A stretch of 63,283 nt of DNA, filler included, from Choristocarpus tenellus KU-1152 (GCA_964200185.2; 10 parts of 10 records of this genome joined end to end with filler, not necessarily neighbours in it), one strand, 5' to 3'. Positions 13,899-25,873 are shown, numbered from the whole stretch's first letter. The notes: generated by a model not told the origin, from the sequence alone. A program made the numbers and translations.

Positions 13899-13914
13899 GG
13901 CAGTAGGACCTCCA
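13899..13914 (-). promoter_or_regulatory. Primer-binding site, tRNA-Gln type
   Basis: The minus strand reads TGTAACA|TGGAGGTCCTACTGCC directly after the LTR. TGGAGGTCCTA is complementary to a tRNA 3' end ...UAGGACCUCCA, typical of tRNA-Gln. Confidence 0.7.
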
Positions 13915-14355
13915 TGTTACAGGCGCCCCTCAGAACTCACCTCCACAGGATGTACAACTCAAATCCAATTCACCGATTAACGAACGTCAGCTCAGCAGAA
14001 CAGGGGTACTCTCGAATTAATCAATTAGCACAAGGAAAATGTGTTTATCGATATCAGTAAGAGAGAATGAAAAAGGTGGGGTCTCTAGGTCAGAAGAACT
14101 GAGCTGTTTGGAGCCGTTTTTAGGAACTCTTATCATCATTTATGGTTGAGACTTCTTTGGTTTACAGACATCGGAATATATCTGAGAACCTTTGCGACCT
14201 TTCCATCTGGGAACCCTTGCGACTTTCCCGAGTTGCAGATTTTATTCTGCAACTTTTTAACAAATCGGAAATCCCGCTTTTGGGGTTCCCCACGCGCGTA
14301 CACTGCTCGCCGGTTAAAGCGCGTGAAGAAATACTCGCGCTATTCGCCTGTAACA
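13915..14355 (-). mobile_element. Complete 441-bp 5' LTR
   Basis: Bounded by the 11-bp inverted repeat TGTTACAGGCG...CGCCTGTAACA (TG...CA rule), adjacent to the PBS; a second copy of its end is at 1-76. Confidence 0.85.
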
Positions 14356-14422
14356 TACTATACTCTATGCATTATATGATATAGTGCGTCATTATCCACA
14401 GTGTGACCGCGTGACTCTGTGC

Positions 14423-14600
14423 AGCTCGAAGTATCTGGGAGGGGGTGGAGGCTGTCCATTCGGGGCCCATTTTTCCATGTCGCAATTTTTTGGTGATTTA
14501 GTTGTATGTGTCAGATGGATAATAAAAGTTCACTTCTCCTGGTCGGGGCCTGAATGGACACCCTGGTGTAGACCCCCGCTCCGCCCAGATACTCTGAGCC
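14423..14600 (+). mobile_element. MITE family B copy (~180 bp, poly-G/poly-C subtermini)
   Basis: agctcgaagtatctgggaggggg...cccagatactctgagcc; TSD TGC/TGC; homologous to 35760-35943. Confidence 0.85.
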
Positions 14601-15420
14601 TGCATTGCACCCTTTTGTGGATGGGTTTGTTCTTCCACGCTCTTCAGATTTACAATTATTTCATTTTTTTCTGAAGCTGGACTGGCTGATTCGTCTCCAC
14701 TTTATTGCACTGGTATTTCCTTTTTTATCTGAAGCTGACTTTTTCTGCGGGATGGAGACTGAAGTCTTACTCTTTGAATCAAACATTCAATGGGACAAAC
14801 GCATTACCTCAACAATTCACTTCGCACACAGGTTCAGCACTGGGGGATGTTCAGAACATATCTCATCGGGTTCATTGTAGCTATTTGACTTTAAACCACA
14901 CTACCTATCATTCAACCTCAACTTACCTACGCCCCTCACCTCTTATATACCCAACTCTTTCCAATAACAACGCGTAGTTTGGCCACCTAACTATTTGTTA
15001 TTATTCAATCCAGATACTGTTGGGTTTTTTCCTCCCTAGGGCCTTGATATTGCAAGCGGCATTAATAGTGTCCTGGTCCCTACTTGATGCTAGCAGGTAA
15101 TACTGTAGTGTCTGGCTCTTTGCGAATTCTCTCAGTTAAGCTACCCCCCCCCCCCCATTCATNNNNNNNNNNNNNNNNNNNNNNNNNNNNNNNNNNNNNN
15201 NNNNNNTTAATTAATTAANNNNNNNNNNNNNNNNNNNNNNNNNNNNNNNNNNNNNNNNNNNNGTGTGGGGACAACGCAGGGGGAGACGTAGGCGACACAA
15301 GCCACCCCGTTGCCATGGAAGCAACTGGCATAGCGTTTTCGATCAACAGGCGGTCTTGGGCAGTGAGAAGGTGTAGGAGTGATTAGATTCGAAGACGAGC
15401 GTATGAACTTTGCTTGATCC

Positions 15421-16205
15421 TTTTCAGGATCGGTGGGACCACCCTTTCGATCCCACCGATCCTGAAAATCCGTGCGTCACCTTTTTCAGAAGTTGTAAAT
15501 CAGATTATATCCGTGATTTCTATTTTTTTAAACCAACTATATCAGTGGTTTGTATTTTTTGAGATACCAATCACATAATTAATTGTTATTGTACGTTTCC
15601 AATGTTCCGAAATCAACTTTGTTTGATCCTCGGGCGATCGGTGGGACCACCCTTTCGATCCCACCGATCCTGAAAGTCCGTGCGTTACATTTTTCAGAAG
15701 TTGTAAGTCAGATTATATCCGTGATTTCTATTTTTAAAAATTCCAATTATATCAGTGTATTTTTTAAGATACCCAACACATAATTAATTGTTATTGTACA
15801 TTTCCAATGTTCCGAAGTCAACTTTGTTTCGTCCTCGAGCTATCATTGGGACCACCATTTTGATCCCACCGATCCTGAAAATCCGTGCATCACATTTTTC
15901 AGAAGTTGTAAACCAGATTATATCCGTGATTTCAATTTTAAAAAAATCCAATTATATCAGTGATTTATACTTCTTAAGATACCAAACACATAATTACTTG
16001 TTATTGTACATTTCCAATGTTCCGAAATCAACTTTGTTTCATCCACCCTGAGATCCCACCAATCCTGAAAATCCGTGCATTAGATCTTTCAGAAATTGTA
16101 AATCAGATTATATCCATGATTTCTATTTCTACAAAATATATTTCTATCAGTAGTGATTTGTATTTTGATACCAATCACATACTTAATTTATCTTGTATGT
16201 TTCCA
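15421..16205. repeat. Tandem array of ~190-209-bp units (about 4 copies) led by a hairpin
   Basis: gatcccaccgatcctgaaaatccgtgc...cagaagttgtaaatcagattatatcc recurs at ~15449, 15657, 15862 and 16052. There is a perfect 18-bp stem at 15421-15438 / 15451-15468. Confidence 0.9.
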
Positions 16206-16283
16206 ATTTACAGTAACCAAAACATAAAAAACAACCCCAACCCTCTACATATTTGAAGTACAAAATCTTACTGAATCGGATAT

Positions 16284-16818
16284 GAGTCAAATTATCTTAG
16301 AGGGTACGATTTTTGCCCTGTTTGTCCGTTTGGGGATTGGCCTCACACGTTAATTTTAAGAGACATTTTCCTACTCCGAAATATTTTAGAGTAGGTGAAA
16401 TATTTATGTTATGAAAAGGTGCGTATGGAGCAAAGGATATTGACACTCCCTAACATACACAACAGCCAAAAATGAATCAAAATCGCAACATTGGATTTTG
16501 CCCCAAACAGACAACAAACAGAGAGCCAAAGTATCTTAGAGGGTAGAGTCGCGTCCATTTGGGGGTCAAAATCCAACATTGCGATTTGGACATAATTTTG
16601 GTCATCTTGTTAGTTAGGAAGTATCAATGTCCATGTTCTGGACACACCTTTTCATAACATTTACATTTTACCTACTACTCCAAAACATTTTGGAGTAGGA
16701 GAGTGTCACAAAAAAACCCACAGGAAGCCAAGCCTCAAATGGAGAAAGAGGGCAAAACGCGTACCCCCTAAGATACTTTCACTCAGACTCGACCCTAACC
16801 TCTAAGATACTTTGAATC
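16284..16818 (-). mobile_element. MITE family A copy interrupted by a nested copy
   Basis: Left TIR at 16284; the right-end remnant cctctaagatactttgaatc at ~16799-16818 follows the nested element. Confidence 0.8.
16523..16784 (+). mobile_element. Nested MITE family A copy
   Basis: gagccaaagtatcttagagggta...tacccccctaagatactttcactc; TSD AGA/AGA. Confidence 0.92.
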
Positions 16819-17542
16819 ACATAGCAATTGTCATAAACGTACAAGTCGATAATAAGTGACTCTTTACGAAAACGTGGTTACCACTAACCACTTTTTTTGG
16901 TTAGGCCACTTTACACGTGTGTTAGGTTTTTTTTTAATACTAAATCCACTGAAAACCGTGCTTAGGTTATTTTTAAATACCAAGAACGCACTTTAGGGGT
17001 CTCACACGTCTCCAACTTTCAGAAAACCTAAGAAGTCATTCCAACTGGTACCCACTATTTAAATAAACCTTAAATCCACTTCTTGGCGTCTTTAGGGTTT
17101 AAATAAACACTAGAAAACATTAAAAAGAGGATCTATGGTATTCCTGGTTCCTGGTAACCAGGAAAACCGTTAACACTCAGAACACGTGAGGTAGGGTTTT
17201 TCCTAAAGTAGAATGATATTCTAATCTTTACACCTACAAATACAGATACAAACCACATCCTTGATTGACCTAATACGTTCAAAACGTGATAGGCCGAAAA
17301 GGTCACGAAAATAAGACACCCTCTGTCCCAGTTCAATATGAAATCCTATGCTGTTTGATATTCGTATTTTTGTAACACAATTCTCGTAGAAAATGGGCAA
17401 TCTGAGTTTTGAGGATTGAAAGGTCAGACAACATAAAACATCACCTCCCATCCCTCAGTCCCCATTTCAATTCATTCCCTTCCATAGATACCAAGCAGAC
17501 CTCTTACTTACCCATCCCCATCACACCCTCCCAATCTTTGCC

Positions 17543-17989
17543 ATGTCGAACATTCCAAGAACAACATCCCACCCACCCACCGATGGGAAAAGTTTGGAAT
17601 CCAGAACGCAGGACCTACCCCCTACTGGCATATCCCAGCTATTGGATAAACATTATCTGGGGTCATACAGGATGAAACTAGGACACATCACAAGCACAGA
17701 TATGGTGTGTTCTTTAAGCGAGCGTGGCCTTGCGCGCGTTCATAAGTCTATAAAGGAGAAAGGCTGGCTGGATCAGTTTGCTCCAAGTGTTGTCGTCCAG
17801 CGAGAACGTTTAGGTAATATGGATGAGCTAAACGCCGAAACTGCGCTTGCCATTGAAGGGCATGTCTTGGACGGAAACCATAGAGTAATGGCACTGAAGA
17901 GAGTGTTTGATCCCGAGCACGCTTTCACCATGCGGATCTACATGGAGTTCGAGCAAACGGAAGAGAGGCTAATTGCCAACAGTGGGTGA
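17543..17989 (+). CDS. ParB/sulfiredoxin-like N-terminal domain protein (probably a first exon)
   Basis: SERGLARVHKSIKEKGW...PSVVV...VLDGNHRVMALK matches the ParB/Srx pattern LxxSIxxxG...P.xV...DGxHRxxA. Possible donor AACA|gtgggt near 17981. Confidence 0.7.
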   Translation: MSNIPRTTSHPPTDGKSLESRTQDLPPTGISQLLDKHYLGSYRMKLGHITSTDMVCSLSERGLARVHKSIKEKGWLDQFAPSVVVQRERLGNMDELNAETALAIEGHVLDGNHRVMALKRVFDPEHAFTMRIYMEFEQTEERLIANSG

Positions 17990-18052
17990 TGGACTGTTTT
18001 CGTTGTTCCATAATCGCCTGACCGTTCTGATCAACCAAGCACCGAAGTAATG

Positions 18053-18236
18053 TATGACATTTTCCGACTCCAAAATATTTCGGAGTAGGTAAAATGTGTA
18101 TGTTATGAAAGGTGTGTCCGAAGCATAGATATTGACACTTCCTAACAAACAAGATAGCCAAAATTACATCAAAATCACAACATTGTCTTTTGACCCCCAA
18201 TTGGACGAGGCTCTACCCTCTAAGATACTTTGGCTC
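18053..18236 (-). mobile_element. MITE family A partial copy
   Basis: Internal hairpin region plus the terminus ctaccctctaagatactttggctc. Confidence 0.85.
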
Positions 18237-18409
18237 TTCTGCCTCCAATATGTGTCACTGAAAAAAACTACAAGAAAGGCTGGGCGCTAAGGATGGTCGA
18301 GACTTGTTCCGCTGCCTGTTGGGGATCCCTCGCGAGGTCCTTTAGGATTGAGGCGACTCTTCCTTATCCAGCGATTTTCGTTGAATTCCTGCGATAGAAA
18401 TCCAGAGCT

Positions 18410-18668
18410 GAGCGAAAGTATCTTAGAGGGTAGGGCTGCGTCCATTTGGGGGTCAAAATCCAATGTTGCAATTTTGATATAATTTTGGCTATTGCGTTTG
18501 TTAGGAAGTACCAATATCCTTGTTCCGGACACACCTTTCCATAATGTATACGTTTTACCTACTCCAACGCATTTCGGAGTAGGAAAATGTCTTGAAAAAA
18601 AACGTGGGAAGACGAGAGCCAAATGGATGAACAGGGCAAACCTCGTACCCTCTAGGATACTTTCACTC
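18410..18668 (+). mobile_element. MITE family A copy
   Basis: gagcgaaagtatcttagagggta...taccctctaggatactttcactc; flanked by AGCT/AGCT (4 bp here). Confidence 0.9.
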
Positions 18669-19206
18669 AGCTGACCATGTGGACGGTTTCCTTGTACTTA
18701 GGGTAATGCTACCAATTTCTGCAGTCCTCTGGTGCAACTCTTTCTTAGCAGATTCTGTCGTGGTCCTTGATGCAATGTAGGATTTGGGAAATCGCCACAA
18801 CGAACGCGAGGAGGTATTAGGAAGAGAGGTCAGTTAGGTATGAAGCTGATATGTTTCGCATGGTTGATTGTTGAAGGTTGTGAGGTAGAGATGAAAATGA
18901 AACAATGTCACAAGCGTTTAGCGAACGACCAGACTATTGAGTAGTTTGCCGAAGATGATGTGTGTGTGCGGAGACTGCGAATTTACACCACAGAAAGAAT
19001 GCCTATCTTACATGAAATATGAAAAGCGGATGAGAGGTAGTTTCGAGTGCTTCGAATTTTTTTCATCTCCTGTCAAACAATGGGAGCTGAAAATTAGAAA
19101 CAGTTAAGAAGCAAAACTTGATTCATTTATTTACTTCCGAATGCATATGGTTGGTGGGAATCCTTTGTTTCTTCAAACAAACAAAAAAGGCGTGCAAAAA
19201 AAAATA

Positions 19207-19313
19207 GAGCCGAAGCATCTTAGAGGGTAGGGCTGCGTCCATTTGGGGGTCAAAATCCAATGTTGCAATTTTGATATAATTTTGGCTATTGACCCAAAGT
19301 ATCTGGGAGGGGG
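19207..19313 (+). mobile_element. Family A left end (19207-19290) interrupted by a family B left end (19291-19313) at the contig end
   Basis: gagccgaagcatcttagagggtagggctgcg...ttttggctatt followed by gacccaaagtatctgggagggg. Confidence 0.8.
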
Positions 19314-19413
19314 NNNNNNNNNNNNNNNNNNNNNNNNNNNNNNNNNNNNNNNNNNNNTTAATTAATTAANNNNNNNNNNNNNNNNNNNNNNNNNNNNNNN
19401 NNNNNNNNNNNNN

Positions 19414-20740
19414 CAACACCTGGCCATTATGGTCCGCGTCCCTAGGGATGCCCAGGTGGATTTGACTCCTGTCCACTTGGGAACAGCCATGGTGTCGTTG
19501 TTGACACCATCGAGGGGAATGGCAAGCATCAGAGGTTGACGCCAGTCGTACCTCTTGCCCCGCAGGCATCGTTTATTGCCTGCACGAGGGTCACTAAGTA
19601 TTTTTCTTTGCCTTTAGTTCAACCAAACTCGTGTGATAATAATGAAACTTGGTTCAACCGTTCTTTGTACAGATACCCATCCATGCCCAAACCTTTGTCG
19701 TTTTCATCACAAAGAGTTCGTGTATCGGGCATCGTTGAAGAACAAGAGGAAAATGACTTGACAATTGACACAGCCAGTGATGTACCATGTATTTCTGAAA
19801 TATTTGTTCGCAATCACCCTCAACTGAAACGTTTTGAAGTGTGTCCTGTCCCACCTGGTGCAATAAATCTACGTGCAGCAAATGGTTCACCTTTGCAGAT
19901 CCGTGGATTTATTCGTTTTGCACTTACACTTGGTGACACCACATTGCCAGTTGAAGCTTTAGTGATTCCCCAACTTGGTCCCGATAAAATTCTGCTTGAT
20001 AATAGTGTTATGCAGGCATTCGGTGCAATCCTTGATTGGCAAGAACAACGTCTTTCATTTCACAACAGTTCGTGTACCATTTCAGCAAGACATCACATGA
20101 CAAGGAGCCCCACTCAAGTACGTGATACAAGTACAACTCCTTCGTGTTCTGTGGTGAGTGTGCAACATGATTTTGACCCTGTACGTGTTCGTGTACATAA
20201 ACAGTATAACATACCAGCTGGTCATGAAATTATCGTACGTTGCATCACTGGTACTAGTCCGTCATTGGATACTGCTGTAGTAGTGGAGCCAGTCATACAC
20301 TCCATGCCTGCTGTAGATCAAACCACTGAACCTACACATCCATGGAACCGTATTGTAGCTGCTCGCACTCTCAGTACTTGGTCAGCAAGTAATAAATCAG
20401 TATTGGTCCAATTGGCAAATCCAACAACACGGAAAGTCCGTGTCAGGAAGCATTTTGTAATAGGTCACTTAACCCCTATTTCAGATCAGGTACCAATTAC
20501 TGTTAGTGCTCTAAATATTTATTCTGCTCCATTCAGTAAAGCTAGAGAGGAGTTACATCAAGCCTTCACCAAGTCAAATGCATTCAAAGATACCACGTTC
20601 AATCAGTCACAAATGTCTCAACTTTTAGACCTCTGTGCTCGTTATAGATCGGTATTTTCGTTGAATGCAGCAGAACTAGGCAGATGTACCCTAGCTGAAG
20701 CAGAAATTCCTATAGAGTCTGGTACCAAGCTAGTTCGACT
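19414..20740 (+). mobile_element. Ty3/Gypsy pol fragment: aspartic protease, linker and start of RT (ORF 19536-20807)
   Basis: Retropepsin motif LTIDTASDVPCIS...LRAANGSPLQIRG...LGPDKILLD, then the pre-RT segment LLDLCARYRSVFS...ELGRCTLAEAEIPI. Similarity is lost after ~20740. Confidence 0.85.
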
Positions 20741-23023
20741 TTGCAACATCTCTCCATCATATTTGGGTATTTTTTTACAATATGTAACAGAGGGACAGAT
20801 AGGATAGATAGATGGTATAGTTGCTGTAGAATCCGTGGTTCTAGTCACATGGAGTTTGGTTATTCGAAACCGTATTTCCATGGAAAGAAGTCTGGCGTCG
20901 AAGGGGTCCGGACCTGCGAAATTCATCTAGGGAATACCCACTGCTTGATCACTGAGCCACGACGTTAGGAATTGTGTTAAGGTAGGTTACATATAAATGT
21001 GATGGGTGTAAATTTTGAAGATATCACGCGTCTTGCGACATTGAGCGTGAATATTGACCACACCTATATACCTTAACCAGCCGGCATTAATAGTTCCTCT
21101 ATCTGAACACCATTCATCAATTATATTAGATCATTGGAATTGTGCCCCTATAATTTGCACACAATATCACACAGAGCAGTCCTCCATCCCACCCCAAAAA
21201 GGTGGTCTTTGCTTTATTTAAAACCTTCCACTCCATCTAGCAACAAGAAACCTAAACAGAACTAATAGTCGACAAATGGTCAGATAGAGCGACAAAACAA
21301 GTTAGCAAAAAAAGAAGAAAAAAAGAAAATATTGAATACGGTAAGAAGAGACAAGTCCCGCTCTACCTATATATTGTTGATGTGGGGGTAGCTTATGAAT
21401 GATGCCTGTGGATAGGGAGGAGGAGGGGAGGGGAGAGGAGAGGAGATTAGAGTAACTGACTTTTCGGAGTGATTGACTTGTCTAGGGAGATTATACTTAG
21501 CAACCAGTTCCAGTATGCACCAACACCAATATCAAGGTCGAGTTTCACCCCTCTATTCTCTCAGAAAACAAGCAAAACGTCGAAACAGGGGAAATAGGAA
21601 GAAGAGAGTATCCCATGAAACAAGTATGCAGAGAACCGTGACAGATAACAAAAGACAGACAACATCCTTAAACCATCGACAGCGTACTCAAAATTCCCCG
21701 TGAGTTGCGTCATTCATTCTTGAATCCTGTCACGAGATAGCTTCCACCATTAATAGTATAGGAGGAATTCGTTTTCAGATTGAAGGAGGGTTGTGGCGAC
21801 GGCACTTTCCAATTTGTCAATTTCCTCCTGAGTTCACATCCTGGAACTTCTTATCATTATTCGAAGCAGAAAAAGATCAGGAGTGGTCAGCTTCTGACCA
21901 ACAACTACACCAATGTAGGCCTCAGGGTTGAACTGGACCGCACATCCTATTGGTTCAGTAATCTCTCTCCCTCCTTCTCAACTTGCTTCCGGAGATTGAG
22001 TGCAGATCGAAAAGTGACTGCGAACCCGTTTTTTACCACTCTTTTCTTTTCTGCTTTCTGGCCCCTCTAGGCAGGATCGGATGAAGTGCAGCCTACAATG
22101 AACATGGGTGCATTGGATGTGCATGTGAACAGAATCCTCACCTACACCAGCTGGCTGCTAACGTCTTTCACCGTCGGGTTTCTCACCAGCAAATTGACTT
22201 CTTCACTGGCAAAATGATACATGCCTACCTGTCCTATAATCATCTCCACTGCAGGAGAAAAACGTACCCCATCGCTTTTCAACTTGTACCGCCCACCTTG
22301 CCATGTCTCCTGAAACCCAATTACCACATCCCGATGGACTCAGCTTGTAGGTAGAGGGTATGAGCATATCCTACACTACTCACACCATATAATGTAGTCC
22401 GTTTTTTTTTTAGGTGGTGAAAGATCACATCAGGGTGTGGGCAGTGCCAGAATGATGAATGGAGGTCATCCGACTGGAGGGGATACTGAACCAAAGAGGA
22501 ACTTATGTTGTAGTAAAACTGTCTGTGGAAGAAATCCTGGGAGACACGGTGAGCTGGACAATGACCTGAATGATGAGCTGGAAAATTATTGAAGACAAAT
22601 AAACAACGAGGTGTTAGAGATATTGGCTCTTTGTGGAGGCTTACTAGGACTCAGCTGATGATCAGGTTGTGCAGAATACGATAGGAATAACAGAAATATA
22701 CAATGGAAAGTATTTCAGATGATAATCATATATTGGCAGGTTACTAACTGGAAAAACTTTAATTAATTACAGGTTGAACGTCACATGTTCGTGACGTTTT
22801 TTATATCGTGACTGAGTTTTCTGGAAACTTTGTAAGGACTTCTTCCTATTGATTTTTTCTAGAAGCAACAATGTGCTAAACCAAGTCCCACCATACATAA
22901 TAATATCACTCTTCTCTTTTCAACCACCTCCTCACATTCAGCAAAGCAGCAAAGGGGAATCGTGTGAGGCTTCCACCTTTTTTTTCCTCCATACTTATAC
23001 AAATAACAGTCTAATTCTGCACA

Positions 23024-24760
23024 GGTTATGACCCTTACTGGTATGGAGATCGATATGAAGATTTTGGCCATCTGGACTGAGCACCACGTCCGTCAGTACC
23101 AGTGGAGACCTACACAACATGGATACCTTCCGTGGTGGGTTGTTTGTCTGTGGTGGGTTATATGCCAGTGGATAGGGTCTGTACCACGTTCTGCAGCGAA
23201 TGTACAAGGTCCCTGAACTCACTGACACAGTAATAGCTCAGGAACGAAAAGGACACGAGAACTACGAGAAGAACAGACTTCTGTTCTTTCTTCTGATCCA
23301 AGTGACAAGGGGGTCCCCGGCAGCAATTATGGAGGGAATTGAAAACAACGAGAATCCAGATGACAAAAAAACATTGGAGGAGCTAGAGAGAGTCTATGGA
23401 GGTCGTGTCGTACTCGTCGTCGTACTTATCCTCGTCCTCGTGATCGGTCGGAGAGATGTCCTAACGAAGTCCGTGGTTCGCTCCTCTGGTTCGAAGGTTA
23501 CTTGCGCAGAAGTGACCAGTCTGCCTTGCTGAGGAAGCCATATGCATCAGAACAGTGTTGTGCGGTCGTGTCCCATTATTAGCCCCCTCTTGGCATACTG
23601 ACAGGGAATCTGAGAGATGTTATATCGAGGACTGCAGTGACGTGTTAACAACATCCAACCCTCGAGCAACATCGACACCTGAGCACAACTCTCAGAAACG
23701 GAGACCCGCCAAAGCTGAGTCAACAACCTCGGTTGGTTGAACTTACAAAGATTTACAATCTGGGAGGACGAGGGATTTGGACGACAATGCAATAAATTTA
23801 CTCGGGGTCAACATGGATGATGCTGACTGTCTAACAACGGTTCTGGAAAGGAACACTTATTCCTGACCATCAAGAGCCATCATCTATATTGGAAGCGCCC
23901 GCGGGGCCTGACGCGCGAGAATGGTAAGTGGCGATTAAGAAGGAAGGAGATGGAGGGATAATGGATTAAAGGAACAATCATAGAGGGAGTGTATCTGACA
24001 TGTGGAAGAAAACTCATCAAGACTAAGGTCATATCCAAGATAAAGCGGACAGGTGAAGGGACCATCAAACAGTTCAAGGCGAAGTTAATGGCACAGGACT
24101 TCATTAAACGGGTTGGAGTGGATTGCCTTCGATGTGATCAGGACAGTGCTAATAATTGACGGTATAGTTGTCAAGGCTACCAACGCCATTTACGACTTGA
24201 AGCAATCACCTCACGAGTGGTACAATGAACTGAAGGGGACAATTCTAGATGACAGATGGAACATCAGCGAGTTCGATGACTCCCCATACTTCAAGCGGAG
24301 CGAGGATAGGCGAATCACCACCCTATTTCACTATGTGGACGACACCTCTTTCGCCGGGGACTACACGGAGGAGATCAAAAAGGATGAATCATTCCTGCTA
24401 AAGATGTATGAAGGGCAATACAAGGCTGGTATCAGACTACATCAATAACTGTTTGCAGAGAGTATTGTCGAGGAAGGCATTGGATCAATGGAGATACGAA
24501 CAACATGATCACCATTCGAGCCAGGAATGGATTTGAAATCACGACGTGAGGACAAGGAGGAACTCGATCAAGCATTTTACCCCATAGCACGATTTTGGGA
24601 CACTGATGTCCCTGACAGGAATGACGCGATCTCATCTCTCCAACTCTGTAAGAGGGAAATAGGTTGCACTGCTTCATGACCATGCAGGCGGCACTGGAAG
24701 GGACTGCATCGTGTACTGTCCTATGTTGCAGCCTCCACCAATATGGGGATACACTATCCC
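23024..24760 (+). mobile_element. Degraded Ty1/Copia element (PBS-like site, gag, RT)
   Basis: ACA|GGTTATGACCC is a Copia-type PBS-like site at 23024. Gag-like LFFLLIQVTRG...LEELERVYGG follows. RT motifs are FKAKLMAQDF, AIYDLKQSPHEWY and HYVDD, with frameshifts and deletions. Confidence 0.8.
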
Positions 24761-25873
24761 ACTGGAGGAGAAACAGACTGTGTGAAGACGATATTAATTA
24801 GAGCAATATTTAACCGATCGTATTGAGGATGGGACATTGAACTTATTATGAGGTTCCGATTTGCTTTCCCTGCCCTTAAGGATTTCGTCAATTCTATTTT
24901 TATACCTTTAAAAAATATATTATGGTACTTATTTTTTTCTATGCCCTCGGACATTTTGCAGATGTGTCAGAGGAAAACGAACGAAAAATTGACATATCAG
25001 AATTGTACCTAGTTCTAGTATAGTACAATTCTGGTAAAGAATATCAAAGGATTGTACTGATAATTTATATTATTATGCCCTCTGACATTTTGCACTGATA
25101 ATGGTAGAAACAGAAAGTGGACAAGTTTTTTTGTGTTGGTCTTTGGTCTTTGTGATGTCATATATATAACACATACCTACCCCCATCTGATCTACCTACG
25201 TCAGTAAATGTCTTCCAATTTGCACATGATGAGTTCCAGCATCAATTTATTTCGGGATTTTGACCAATAACATCATTATTGGTGGTTTGTCAAGGATGAT
25301 CTCCTTTTTGGGGTCAAAACCTCAAAATTCAGGGTGCAGGTGAGGTGACAGGTGTCAGTATCTGCGAGCATCAGATATCTGTTCTTTTACATCTAAATTC
25401 TGATTGTACCCCTATCTTTTGGCGGAGAGAAGCGATCCGCTGGATATTTAACTTCTTCTAGTAATGCCGCGAAAAAACGACCAACCTTGATAAATATCAT
25501 ATCTCATATCTGACATCATCAATATAAGAGATAGGATGGAGATACCTTGAACATCCCGACAACAAAAGTACTTCTATGATCAATATATCAATATAACGAA
25601 CATCAACATATTACTTCCACAATTTGTATTCTGTATTCTGAAACTTTACTTCTTCTGCAAAAAGTCAGTCCATAATATTATTGTATGGGTAGATTTTTTA
25701 TTATTGAGGGGTCTTTCTATATGAGCACTAATTACAAATTTGTACTGCAACGTACTAATGCATCCATAGTGTGTTACGACAGCACAAGATCCACCGCAAC
25801 AAATACACGTTCGGTGCATTTATCTTCAATCGTTACTCCTTCCTTGTTGAGTTCACGGTGAACACAAATACCC

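Larger units (their letters stand above)
11945..13914 (-). mobile_element. Ty3/Gypsy LTR retrotransposon 5' part: PBS, 5' UTR, gag-like ORF (13332-12304), aspartic protease fragment (12263-11945)
   Basis: A 342-aa ORF with an RS-rich segment lies downstream of the LTR and PBS. The next frame has the retropepsin C-terminal pattern FRVVEGLPYGMVLGAAFCRQNKSILSF, but no intact DTG/DSG motif is visible. A family A MITE sits in the 5' UTR. Truncated by the contig end. Confidence 0.75.

Noticed and set aside
15421-16205. CRISPR-like array
   Set aside because: Whole ~200-bp units are repeated with no unique spacers, there are no cas genes, and the context is eukaryotic.
18287-18674. Recurring short ORFs with HILPTPKxFGVGKC or LVPDTPFHN (also 4061-4273, 17925-18200)
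   Set aside because: They are translations of the non-coding family A MITE, and frames are not conserved among copies.
21730-22330. Minus-strand protein-like fragments (VIGFQETWQGG..., AVQFNPEAYIGVVVG)
   Set aside because: In-frame stops and no recognisable family; I could not build a gene model.
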